From Waddliaceae bacterium (GTDB taxonomy: Bacteria > Chlamydiota > Chlamydiia > Chlamydiales > Waddliaceae), in assembly GCA_963724325.1 (NCBI GenBank), contig CAVRUH010000005.1, positions 64,001 to 128,000 of the forward strand: a DNA stretch of 64,000 nucleotides, in the 5' to 3' direction. Under the pieces are notes generated by a model. The model saw only the letters and a list, made by a program, of their open reading frames with translations. It had not been told where the DNA came from and made no database searches. The number at the start of each line of letters is the position of its first letter. Position 1 is the stretch's first letter. Positions 41,528-51,578 of the stretch are shown piece after piece. The translations under genes and the position numbers were made by a program.

Positions 41528-42970
41528 TCACTGTTCGTCTTGGGAGAGGGTATAGCCCGCTATTCCATCGAAGGTGCAGAGGTTTTCTGTCTGGACGAAA
41601 TCGACTCCTGCAGCTGCAAGCTTTTCAAGCAGACCTGAAATTTGACCATGTGTCACTGATTTTCCCTTCGTTGATGAAATGAAACGGCAGCGCCAAATGT
41701 CAATACAACTTGTTTCAGGATGCCCCTGAGGCCATACCATGACTCCACGATTGGCAATCATTTTTAACTTCAGTCCATCTTCTTCAAAGCGGGACATTTT
41801 CTTCGCTATCTCTTCAGGGGTTCCCTCGAAATCGACAAAAACATCCACACCTAGAGTTTCCTTTTTGCTCCCATTTTTTGCATGGTGCATAGAGAACTCG
41901 AGAATGCTTGGCTTTCCATATTCAACTTCTTTGAGAATTTTAGGCTTCTGTCCTAATCTGGCTATGACTGCTTGAGCAAATTCTTGTGTACCGACCTTTT
42001 GTTTGCTTACGCCCTCTTTAAAAATATCGTAGGTGTGTACTCCATCTTCAATCGTCTTCAGCCACGCATTGTGAATAGTAGAGGCATAATCTATCAGTCC
42101 CAAGTGGACGAGCATCATAACCGAACCGAGAAGTAATCCTGAAGGGTTTGCCAAATTCTGATTGGCCCTGCGAGGAGCAGACCCATGTATGGCCTCGAAC
42201 ATGGCTCCTTTTTCCCCAATGTTTGCCGACCCGGCTAATCCCACAGAGCCTGTGATCTGTGCCGCTACGTCGGATAAAATGTCTCCATAGAGATTAGGCA
42301 TGACGATAACATCGAATGTTTCGGGGAATGATGCTAATTTGGCCGCGCCGATATCGACGATCCAGTGTTCGTTTTCGATCTCTGGATATTCCTTAGCGAT
42401 TTGATCAAAAATTTTGTGAAATAGGCCATCAGATTTTTTTAGGATATTGTCTTTTGTGAAGCAGGTTACCTTTTTTCTATGGTTGGATTTGGCGTATTCG
42501 AAGGCGTAACGGATGATTTTTTCACATCCAGAGTTAGAGATGATTTTTAAGGCGTGGACAGCTCCTAAGCTTTGCTGGTATTCGATGCCTGTATAGAGAT
42601 CTTCCTCATTTTCACGGACAATAACCACATCCATGACAGGATTTTTTGTAGAAACATAAGGGTGATAAGAAACACATGGTCGAACGTTGGCATAGAGTCC
42701 TAAGGCTGTGCGGATTGTGACATTTAAACTTTTAAATCCGCCTCCCTGAGGTGTGGTGATCGGAGCTTTTAGGAATGCTTTAGTATCGCGGATGGTGTTC
42801 CAAGTTTCTGGAGCTATCCCAGCCGATTGCCCGCTGAGATAAACTTTTTCTCCAATTTCAACCTTGTGGTATTCAAGAGGAACTTCAGCAGCCTTGAGAA
42901 TTTTCATTGTTGCAGCCATGATTTCGGGTCCAATTCCGTCCCCTTCGGCAATAGTAATTGGTATTTTCAT
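41528..42970 (-). CDS. icd: Isocitrate dehydrogenase (NADP-type with C-terminal extension)
   Basis: GDGIGPEI, KAPITTPQGGG.KSLNV, RENEEDLY, PNLYGDILSD, FEAIHGSAP. Confidence 0.93.
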   Translation of the reverse strand: MKIPITIAEGDGIGPEIMAATMKILKAAEVPLEYHKVEIGEKVYLSGQSAGIAPETWNTIRDTKAFLKAPITTPQGGGFKSLNVTIRTALGLYANVRPCVSYHPYVSTKNPVMDVVIVRENEEDLYTGIEYQQSLGAVHALKIISNSGCEKIIRYAFEYAKSNHRKKVTCFTKDNILKKSDGLFHKIFDQIAKEYPEIENEHWIVDIGAAKLASFPETFDVIVMPNLYGDILSDVAAQITGSVGLAGSANIGEKGAMFEAIHGSAPRRANQNLANPSGLLLGSVMMLVHLGLIDYASTIHNAWLKTIEDGVHTYDIFKEGVSKQKVGTQEFAQAVIARLGQKPKILKEVEYGKPSILEFSMHHAKNGSKKETLGVDVFVDFEGTPEEIAKKMSRFEEDGLKLKMIANRGVMVWPQGHPETSCIDIWRCRFISSTKGKSVTHGQISGLLEKLAAAGVDFVQTENLCTFDGIAGYTLSQDEQ

Positions 42971-43026
42971 GATACACTCCTATTTTGGCTTGAGATTATC
43001 CCTTTAATAGATTAAAATCTACACTT

Positions 43027-43998
43027 ATGAAGAAAAAAATACTCAAAGATCTTTTGCAGGCTGAACAGAAATATCTCAACCACTTTTTTGAATCGGTGGA
43101 TATAAGTTCGCTTGAAAATGTGTTGGATGTTCTCGCGGCATGCAAGGGGTTAATTATTATCACCGGAGTAGGAAAAAGCGGGCTTGTCGCTGAAAAAATT
43201 GCTGTTACCATGACCTCTACAGGCTCAAGGGCCCTATTTTTGTCACCTTCAAATGCGCTGCATGGCGATATCGGCATTATTAATCCAGATGATGTATTCA
43301 TTGTGATCAGCAAGAGCGGCGAGAGTGATGAAATTTTGCATCTGATCCCATTTGCACGAAATAGAGGTGTGAAAATAATCGGGATGGTATCAAACACGGA
43401 AAGTCGCATTGCCAAGGCTGTTGATGTTGTGCTGCAACTGACAACCGAACCGGAATTATGTCCATACGATCTGGCACCGACCACCTCGACTACGATACAA
43501 GGAATTGTTGGTGATGTTCTCGCCATGGCTTTAATGAAGTTAAAAGAGTTCAGTCTGGCAGATTTCGCAAGATCACATCCATCGGGTCGCATTGGCAGAA
43601 GGATGATTATCAAAGTTAATGAACTCATGTTGAAGGGGGATGATATTCCTCTTTGCAGCCCCAATGATAAGCTTATTGATACTTTAGTCGAACTTTCCAA
43701 TAAAAAATGCGGGTGCGTCCTTATCGTAGATGAGTCGAAATCACTTTTAGGAATATTCACCGATGGTGATTTGCGCCGCTCTCTTCAGAAAAATGGAGCA
43801 GGGGCTTTAGAATCTCAAATGCGCGAATTAATGAATCAATCAGCACGCCATATTGGCCCTGACGAACTCGCTTGGGATGCCCTGAAGACAATGGAACAAG
43901 ATCAAAAGCGTCCTATTACGGTTCTTCCAGTATTAGTTGACCACAAAAAAGTCGCGGGCATTATCAAGATGCATGATATTGTTCAATCGGGAATTTAG
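43027..43998 (+). CDS. kdsD: Arabinose-5-phosphate isomerase (KpsF/GutQ family)
   Basis: GVGKSG, HGDIG, SKSGES, APTTST, HPSG, two CBS domains. Confidence 0.93.
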   Translation: MKKKILKDLLQAEQKYLNHFFESVDISSLENVLDVLAACKGLIIITGVGKSGLVAEKIAVTMTSTGSRALFLSPSNALHGDIGIINPDDVFIVISKSGESDEILHLIPFARNRGVKIIGMVSNTESRIAKAVDVVLQLTTEPELCPYDLAPTTSTTIQGIVGDVLAMALMKLKEFSLADFARSHPSGRIGRRMIIKVNELMLKGDDIPLCSPNDKLIDTLVELSNKKCGCVLIVDESKSLLGIFTDGDLRRSLQKNGAGALESQMRELMNQSARHIGPDELAWDALKTMEQDQKRPITVLPVLVDHKKVAGIIKMHDIVQSGI

Positions 43999-44003
43999 GA
44001 ATC

Positions 44004-44771
44004 ATGAATCATCAGAAAAAAAGTAAAACTTCTTGGGAGGGTGTTTCCCGTTGGTATGATGACCTAGTAGGTCAACAGGGACATTATTATCATCAGGAAG
44101 TTATTTTCCCCAACATTACGTCTCATCTCGAACTGAAAAATACCAAATCTGTTCTTGATCTATGCTGTGGACAAGGGGTCGTTTCACGTCACCTTCCCGA
44201 TCATATTGAATATTGGGGTGTCGATATTGCCCCTTCCCTAATCGATTCTGCCAAAAAAATGGTCAAAAATCCGAGGCATCATTTTTCTGTTGGAGATGCA
44301 ACAGCAAAACTTAATATTGAAAAGAAAGATTTTGATTTAGCCCTCCTAGTATTATGTCTTCAAGATCTTAGCGATGTAGCAAAAGTATTTAAAAATGCGT
44401 CGGATCATCTGGCGCCTGGAGGCAGCTTGCTGCTTGTATTGAATCATCCCTGCTTCCGTGTTCCAAGACAGTCCTCCTGGGGATTCGACGAAAATTCAAA
44501 ATTGCAGTACAGACGCATCAATAGGTATTTAACACCTTTGACGATTCCTATTTTTACAAAGCCAAGTCTTGGAGCAGATTCTCCATCGGTAAATTATTAT
44601 CACAGGTCCTTGAGTGAATACACAAAAGCGCTCAAAGGAGCCGGATTTACCATCGAATTACTGGATGAATGGGTTTCACAGAAAAAAAGCACCGGACCCA
44701 AAGCTGCCATGGAAGATCGGGCTCGGGCTGAATTTCCTTTATTCCTCTTTATTAAGGCAAAAAAATCATGA
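44004..44771 (+). CDS. Class I SAM-dependent methyltransferase
   Basis: [19 protein letters not shown]. Confidence 0.88.
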   Translation: MNHQKKSKTSWEGVSRWYDDLVGQQGHYYHQEVIFPNITSHLELKNTKSVLDLCCGQGVVSRHLPDHIEYWGVDIAPSLIDSAKKMVKNPRHHFSVGDATAKLNIEKKDFDLALLVLCLQDLSDVAKVFKNASDHLAPGGSLLLVLNHPCFRVPRQSSWGFDENSKLQYRRINRYLTPLTIPIFTKPSLGADSPSVNYYHRSLSEYTKALKGAGFTIELLDEWVSQKKSTGPKAAMEDRARAEFPLFLFIKAKKS

Positions 44772-46762
44772 CTATTTATACCTGCCCGATGCATCCTGAA
44801 ATAGAACAAGATCATCCTGGGCATTGTCCGATTTGCGGCATGAGTCTCGACTCGATAATGCCTGCCGAAGAAGAAGACAATTCGGAATATCGCAATATGT
44901 TCCGCAGATTATGGATCAGCGCCCTTCTGACTATTCCCGTGATGATACCTTCAACACCTTTATGGGCTCAGCTGATCATCAGTACTCCAATTGTTTTTTG
45001 GACTGGATTTCCCTTTTTTCAACGAGCTTGGGCTTCATTAGTCAATCGTTCCCTGAATATGTTTACACTAATTGCTATGGGAATAGGTACAGCCTATATT
45101 TACAGTGCTATCGTTGTATTATTTTTTAGTTTATCAGGACTTTTTGTCTATTTCGAAGCAGCTTCAGTAATAACTGTTCTAGTCCTTGCAGGGCAAGTGC
45201 TTGAACTCAAAGCCAAAAGCAGCACTAATGCAGCAATCAGGGCGTTGCTGGACAAATCCGCCAAAACAGCACATCGATTAATCGGTGATCAAGAAGAAGA
45301 GATCACCATTGAAAAAGTGCTTGTTGGAGATATCCTGAGAGTAAAACCAGGTGAGAAAATTCCTGTGGACGGCATCGTCATTGAAGGTATTAGCTTTGTT
45401 GACGAATCGATGATTAGCGGTGAAGGTATGCCTGTGGAAAAAAGGGCTGCAAGCTATGTGATCGGAAGTACTATTAACGTGATGGGCAGCTTTCTCATGG
45501 AAGCCAAAAGAGTCGGAAGCGAGACTACTCTTGCTCGCATCGTCCAAATGGTTTCAGAGGCCCAAAGAAGCAAGGCGCCTATTCAAAAATTAGCGGATGT
45601 TATTTCCAGCTATTTTGTCCCTTTGGTAGTCATCTCAGCAATTATTACATTTCTCGTTTGGGCTTCGATAGGTCATATGAGCTATGCTATTATTAATGCT
45701 GTGGCTGTATTGATTATCGCTTGCCCCTGTGCTCTTGGCTTGGCAACACCTATGTCTATCATGGTAGGTATCGGCAAAGGAGCTGAAATAGGCATCCTCG
45801 TCAAAAATGCCGAAGCCCTCGAGAGGCTAGAAAAGGTCAATATTGTCATTATGGACAAAACAGGCACCATCACCGAAGGAAAACCAAGAATTATACAGAT
45901 TGTATCCTACGAACAGGCTCAAGAAAATGAATTACTAAGATTGGCTGCTGCTGTTGAAATGCACAGCGAACATCCTTTGGCTAAAGCCATCATACAAGAA
46001 GCCCAAGAAAGAAAATTAGCCATTCCAGAAGCAGCGCATTTTAAAATAATTCCGGGAGGGATCACTGCTCAGGTCGGTGGAAAGACGGTCTTTATTGGCA
46101 AAGCAGATTCTACGAATGAAGCTATAAAAGCCGCTCAAGAAAAGGCTCAAACGGTCATATGTGTCACCATTGACGGAATTACCGTCGGATTTATTGCCAT
46201 TGCCGATCCAATTAAGAGTTCCACACTATATGCAATCCAAGAATTACATCGGCTCGGGATCCGCGTTATTATGTTGACAGGGGATCACGAACATACTGCG
46301 CGTGCAGTTGCCAAACAAGTGAATATTGACGAGGTCTATGCCGGTGTCAATCCTAAAGATAAGTACAGCTTAGTGAGAGAGCTCAAAAGCAAAAAACAAG
46401 TTGTGGCTATGGCAGGAGATGGAATTAACGATGCACCCTCACTTGCCGAGGCCGATGTGGGAATTGCCATGGGAGCCGGAACCGACGTTGCAATGGAAAG
46501 TGCTGGAATTACCTTGGTTAAAGGGAATCTAACAAGTATTGTAAAAGCTATTCACCTGAGTCGTGCCACTATGCGCAACATTAGGCAAAATCTTTTCTTC
46601 GCTTTTATTTATAACATGGTCGGCGTCCCCATTGCCGCCGGAATCCTCTATCCCCCTTTCGGCATCCTATTAAGCCCCATCATCGCCAGCGCAGCCATGT
46701 CCTTCAGCTCAGTCTCAGTCATCGCCAACGCCCTCCGCCTCAATAAAATCAAATTACGTTAG
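44768..46762 (+). CDS. copA: Copper-translocating P1B-type ATPase
   Basis: YTCPMHP..CPICGM metal-binding domain, CPCALG, DKTGT, SEHP, GDGIND, YN and MxxSS motifs. Confidence 0.93.
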   Translation: MTIYTCPMHPEIEQDHPGHCPICGMSLDSIMPAEEEDNSEYRNMFRRLWISALLTIPVMIPSTPLWAQLIISTPIVFWTGFPFFQRAWASLVNRSLNMFTLIAMGIGTAYIYSAIVVLFFSLSGLFVYFEAASVITVLVLAGQVLELKAKSSTNAAIRALLDKSAKTAHRLIGDQEEEITIEKVLVGDILRVKPGEKIPVDGIVIEGISFVDESMISGEGMPVEKRAASYVIGSTINVMGSFLMEAKRVGSETTLARIVQMVSEAQRSKAPIQKLADVISSYFVPLVVISAIITFLVWASIGHMSYAIINAVAVLIIACPCALGLATPMSIMVGIGKGAEIGILVKNAEALERLEKVNIVIMDKTGTITEGKPRIIQIVSYEQAQENELLRLAAAVEMHSEHPLAKAIIQEAQERKLAIPEAAHFKIIPGGITAQVGGKTVFIGKADSTNEAIKAAQEKAQTVICVTIDGITVGFIAIADPIKSSTLYAIQELHRLGIRVIMLTGDHEHTARAVAKQVNIDEVYAGVNPKDKYSLVRELKSKKQVVAMAGDGINDAPSLAEADVGIAMGAGTDVAMESAGITLVKGNLTSIVKAIHLSRATMRNIRQNLFFAFIYNMVGVPIAAGILYPPFGILLSPIIASAAMSFSSVSVIANALRLNKIKLR

Positions 46763-46778
46763 AAAAACCTTCCAATCC

Positions 46779-47703
46779 CATACGCATCAACTTAAAATAT
46801 CTTTTACCACAGAGAACACGAGAGAAGTCATTGATATCTTGTTATTTCTCTAAGAAAAAACAGGATATGCAGGATCGCAAGCGGCAGGATATGAACGATA
46901 TATGTAACTTCTTACCCTGCTTTAAAATAAAAAGTAATTGACATCATCTTCCTAAAATCCTTCATATCCTGCCGCTTGCGATCCTTCATATCTTGTTATT
47001 TCTCTAAGAAAAAACAGGATATGCAGGATCTCAAGCGGCAGGATATGAACGATATATGTAACTTCTTACCCTGCTTTAAAATAAAAAGTAATTGACATCA
47101 TCTTCCTAAAATCCTTCATATCCTGCCGCTTGCGATCCTTCATATCTTGTTATTTCTCTAAGAAAAAACAGGATATGCAAGATCGCAAGCGGCAGGATAT
47201 GAACGATATATGTAACTTCTTACCCTGCTTTAAAATAAAAAGTAATTGACATCATCTTCCTAAAATCCTTCATATCCTGCCGCTTGCGATCCTTCATATC
47301 TTGTTATTTCTCTAAGAAAAAACAGGATATGCAGGATCGCAAGCGGCAGGATATGAACGATATATGTAACTTCTTACCCTGCTTTAAAATAAAAAGTAAT
47401 TGACATCATCTTCCTAAAATCCTTTATATCCTGCCGCTTGTGATCCTTCATATCTTGTTATTTCTCTAAGAAAAAACAGGATATGCAAGATCGCAAGCGG
47501 CAGGATATGAACGATATATGTAACTTCTTACCCTGCTTTAAAATAAAAAGTAATTGACATCATCTTCCTAAAATCCTTCATATCCTGCCGCTTGCGATTC
47601 TTCATATCCTGTTTTCTTTTTGCAGGGAGGTTAACAAGGTATCAATATCAATGATCTCTCTCGTGTTCTCTGTGGTAAAAGATATTTTAGGTTGATGCGT
47701 ATG
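46779..47703. mobile_element. MITE-like element: ~58-bp terminal inverted repeats enclosing five 154-bp tandem units
   Basis: TIR CATACGCATCAAC(T/C)TAAAATATCTTTTACCACAGAGAACACGAGAGA..TCATTGATAT at both ends; CAGGATATGC at 46861, 47015, 47169, 47323 and 47477; no transposase; mobility inferred. Confidence 0.75.
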
Positions 47704-47731
47704 CCGCAAGGCTGTGGCCCACTCTCTCCGT

Positions 47732-48214
47732 TCAGCTTGAGTTTTTTTCCATTTTGAAGTTGGTGAATTCTATTTCCCCTAAGAAAACCTTTTGTTCTTT
47801 GAGAACTTTGAAACCGTGTTTTTCAAAAAATGGGCGTGCAGTAATACTTACTTCGGCAAATATTAATGAAATGTTGTGATGATTTGCGACTTCGTAGATA
47901 GCTTTCATTAAGGCAGAACCAACGCCAACGCCTATCCATTCATGATGGCAGTAGAAGCAATCGATATGTCCATTAAGTTCGAACTCTACGAATCCTACGA
48001 CCTTTCCATCAACAACAGCAACTAATGGGTTTGTTCTTTCAAATTTCTTTGACCATTTCTCTACTTCAAGACTTGCTTCAGGAGCCCATGTGTCTATTTG
48101 TTTTTTGTTGTAGTCTTTAGCATTTATCTTATGGATGGTATTGTAATATATATTGGCTAGATCCTGTGCATCGCTACTATCATAGGCGCGAACAGCTATT
48201 TTTATTCTATCCAT
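47732..48214 (-). CDS. GNAT acetyltransferase (YafP-like)
   Basis: GHIDCFYCH...GVGSAL, AEVSITARPFFEKHGF. Confidence 0.88.
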   Translation of the reverse strand: MDRIKIAVRAYDSSDAQDLANIYYNTIHKINAKDYNKKQIDTWAPEASLEVEKWSKKFERTNPLVAVVDGKVVGFVEFELNGHIDCFYCHHEWIGVGVGSALMKAIYEVANHHNISLIFAEVSITARPFFEKHGFKVLKEQKVFLGEIEFTNFKMEKNSS

Positions 48215-48605
48215 TATGTTTCCTCCATGTTTGTAGTTACCTAGGCAAAGAGTATAATAAATTAGGCGAAACGAGTCAATAAGATCTTCCGGAAATGTTA
48301 GCGCAAAATCTTAAGGGTTGTATGTCTGTAGAATGGCGAAGGATGATTAAAGAGTGAATTGCCTAGGAGATCGTATTAACCAACTTAGCCATTGTATGTA
48401 GAGTGGGGTTTTTGCTACGGAAAGCGTGATAGATGGTCGTTCTTGGCAATTGATGTTCCTGTGAAATTACAAATACTGCTTTAATTTATTTTTTGTTGTA
48501 TTTTCTTGCAATGTATAGGTCAAAATGTCACAATAGAAGTAAATATGACATTTGCGATGTCAAAAACGCCGCGGAAATGACATTTAATTATAATAAGGAT
48601 ATTTT

Positions 48606-49766
48606 ATGCATTTTACGAAGAGATTATTCAGGGAGCCCAAACAAAGTTTTTTTCTTTTTGGACCGCGGGGAACGGGAAAATCTACCCTAATTCGAAAAAT
48701 ATACCCGGATGCTCTAATTATTGATTTACTGAATCCTGCAGTCCAACGAATGTATGCGGCACATCCGGAAAGACTACTCGATGTAGTAAGAGCTGAACCT
48801 ATTGGAAAAGTCATTTTAATTGATGAAATACAGAAAGTCCCAGATTTACTTTCAATAGTTCATATATTAATCGAAGAGAAAAAGCAGTGGCTATTTGTAT
48901 TGACCGGCTCAAGTGCTCGTAAACTAAAAAGGCAAGGTGTAGACCTATTAGGAGGCAGGGCTCTAAAAAAATCACTTCATCCCTTTATGGCAGTTGAACT
49001 TAAAGACGACTTTAACTTCGAAGATGCCCTCTTATATGGTCTTTTGCCCTTAAGATTTGCCTCTAAAGATCCCTTGAGCACTCTTTCTTCGTATATTAGT
49101 CTCTATCTTGATGAAGAAGTAAAGGCAGAAGGCGTGGTGCGCAATATTGAGCCCTTTTTCAGATTTATGGAAGTGCTCAGTTTTTCACATGGCGCCGAAT
49201 TAAGTATTAGCAACATCGCTCGCGAGTCTATGGTCAAAAGAACGACTGTGCAGAATTGGATGACGATTGCCGAGGATTTACTAATTTGTTTTCATATAAA
49301 TGTATTTAAAAAACGGGAAAATCGAGTTTTAACTTCCCATCCTAAATTCTATTTTTTTGATGCTGGGGTTTATAGAGCTCTTAGGCCAAGATCTGTTTTA
49401 GATATAACATCCGAAATTGACGGATCGGCGATTGAAGGTCTTGTCGCACAGCATCTTCGAGCTTGGATAGAATATACAGAAGAAAAACACTCATTGTATT
49501 TTTGGAGGACTAAATCTGGATTGGAAGTGGACTTTGTCCTTTATGGTCCACAAGTTTTTGCGGCTATAGAAGTAAAAAACAGTCAATATATTCATCCAAA
49601 GGACTTGCAGGGATTAGAGGCTTTTTTAGAGGATTACCCAGAGGCGCAAGCACTCTTGTTATACAGGGGAAAGGAAAAAATGTTGTTAAAGGAAAAAATT
49701 TTATGTCTTCCCTGTAATGATTTTTTGAGGCAGTTACATCCAAATACCTTGCTGATTAGAACGTAA
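48606..49766 (+). CDS. AAA ATPase (AAA_14 plus DUF4143 / PD-(D/E)XK-like C-terminus)
   Basis: GPRGTGKST, IDEIQK, TGSSARKL, PKFYFFDAG, EVDFV..AIEVK. Confidence 0.88.
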   Translation: MHFTKRLFREPKQSFFLFGPRGTGKSTLIRKIYPDALIIDLLNPAVQRMYAAHPERLLDVVRAEPIGKVILIDEIQKVPDLLSIVHILIEEKKQWLFVLTGSSARKLKRQGVDLLGGRALKKSLHPFMAVELKDDFNFEDALLYGLLPLRFASKDPLSTLSSYISLYLDEEVKAEGVVRNIEPFFRFMEVLSFSHGAELSISNIARESMVKRTTVQNWMTIAEDLLICFHINVFKKRENRVLTSHPKFYFFDAGVYRALRPRSVLDITSEIDGSAIEGLVAQHLRAWIEYTEEKHSLYFWRTKSGLEVDFVLYGPQVFAAIEVKNSQYIHPKDLQGLEAFLEDYPEAQALLLYRGKEKMLLKEKILCLPCNDFLRQLHPNTLLIRT

Positions 49767-51393
49767 GTTGATCGAGTAATCTATTTAGGTGATTTTTGGT
49801 ACCCTGGGGGATGACGAGATTGACTTTTTCCTTATCCACTTCTTTACGCATGATCTTGCCTACCTGCTCGTCATGAATGATGGCCATCTGCTGATTGATC
49901 TGTAATAATTTCCAAGCAGCCGCCTCATAGATAGAGAAATTTCGACCAGTTTCAAAGGCATCCTCAGATAAACTCAAAAACAATGAACCTAATTCCCTGG
50001 CACTCTTTTTTACATGATGGAACTCATCTAATGATAATTCGTCTCTTGCTATAAGTAATTTGATCGCCTGTATTTCATTTTTTAGAAATTGTTGCAGATT
50101 TTTAGAGTTAGCTGCTATAAATGCAGTGCCTTTAAGGATATCATCATTTTTTATTAAAAAAACATGTATCCATTGAGCTTCTTTTATTATTTTTTCTTTG
50201 ATATTATGCTTTATTGCATCTTTTAATTTTCCAAATTTCTTCACAAACTTGTGGTATTCTGCCGGTGCTTGATGCCCCTTGGCAAACATATGATAAGCGC
50301 TTCTCATGTAGGTAGCTTCTTCACGAATTCGATTTAATTCCATTATCCTATCACGCGTTAAATGCTCAAAATGCCCTTCTGCAACTTCAGTTAAAAGTTT
50401 ATAATCCATTTGGTCTAATGTCATAATCCATCTTCTATGTGCGACTTGAATTAACCGTACGATATCCTCATTTGTTAAAGTAATCTGAATGCGCGCAGTG
50501 TAATAATGGCTCAAAATCACACTGCTTAAATCAACTGTCGGCACCATAATAACGGTATTTGATTGAACCCCATATACCTGCAAATGTTTCTTTAATACAA
50601 CCAGTGATTCATAGGAGGGAATGAAATGTCCCGATTTGTTTGAAATAAACATGAGTTGTTTATCTTCAACGCGATATAGAATCATTGAACCAGCCGTAAG
50701 AATGGCTTGATTGGCACCCCCTGCCAAAATAGTGTGATTTGGATATGCAAAGTCACTATCTAATTTGTCTTGATTGAAAAGATAGTCCTTTCGACCTGGT
50801 TTTTCCAGGGCCGCCCGAATTGATCCATCAGGAAAAAGGACAAAATTATAGGTTTTTCCAGATTCCATTGTTTTTAGAGTTACCTCATTGAGGTCAAAAG
50901 GCTTAAAAACACCATCTTTTTGGTATTGATGCCACTCTTCTTGGTATAGCCGTTCCCTTTCTGCATCACTTAATTTTCGTCCTGTCTTGAATGTATTGAG
51001 GAAGCCTATTTTGTTCCCAACATTCACAGTCTGAGGAAATAACGTTTTTGGACAGTCAGGATTGTAAAAATCCATAACGGTCGCAGCGTAGGTAAGGTTT
51101 TTGTGGAATTGATCGAGTTGTTTTTCAATAACAGTCATTCCACGAAGAAATTCCTCTTGACTTTCAGCATCGTGAAGATAAGAGAGCCAAGCATCCTGTA
51201 GATAACTACATCGGAGTAATTTATCGGATAATGTTTTGCCTTGTTCTATTTCGCGGTCGAGCTTTTGAAATGTGCATATAGTTTTTTCGGTCGTTGGAGT
51301 GAGTGGTTTTTCTATATCGTAGGCGGACAATCCCCCTAAAAAAATCCCAAAAAATATGGATAGAAAAATCAGTCGTTTAAGCGATAAAAGCAT
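49756..51393 (-). CDS. Exported hypothetical protein, possible C-terminal CHAD-like domain
   Basis: Signal peptide; HTILAGG...AGS...SNKSGHFIP; FHHVKKSARELG, FGKLKD, AIIHD. Confidence 0.65.
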   Translation of the reverse strand: MLLSLKRLIFLSIFFGIFLGGLSAYDIEKPLTPTTEKTICTFQKLDREIEQGKTLSDKLLRCSYLQDAWLSYLHDAESQEEFLRGMTVIEKQLDQFHKNLTYAATVMDFYNPDCPKTLFPQTVNVGNKIGFLNTFKTGRKLSDAERERLYQEEWHQYQKDGVFKPFDLNEVTLKTMESGKTYNFVLFPDGSIRAALEKPGRKDYLFNQDKLDSDFAYPNHTILAGGANQAILTAGSMILYRVEDKQLMFISNKSGHFIPSYESLVVLKKHLQVYGVQSNTVIMVPTVDLSSVILSHYYTARIQITLTNEDIVRLIQVAHRRWIMTLDQMDYKLLTEVAEGHFEHLTRDRIMELNRIREEATYMRSAYHMFAKGHQAPAEYHKFVKKFGKLKDAIKHNIKEKIIKEAQWIHVFLIKNDDILKGTAFIAANSKNLQQFLKNEIQAIKLLIARDELSLDEFHHVKKSARELGSLFLSLSEDAFETGRNFSIYEAAAWKLLQINQQMAIIHDEQVGKIMRKEVDKEKVNLVIPQGTKNHLNRLLDQLTF

Positions 51394-51578
51394 TTCAAAA
51401 CGATCCTTTTAGTTATAATTAACGCATATAATACTAGGAAATTTAATTCAATGCAATTGAAAAGTAATGCAATTTATTTTTTTAATAATTTTTCGCATTA
51501 ATGAGGTAAATGGGAAATTGCCCTTGCCTTTAAGTAATAAATTTTTCACAATGCAGAATTTATGAGAATGTATATTCT

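Noticed and set aside
42996..43760. 254-aa minus-strand ORF
   Set aside because: Antisense shadow of kdsD with no motifs
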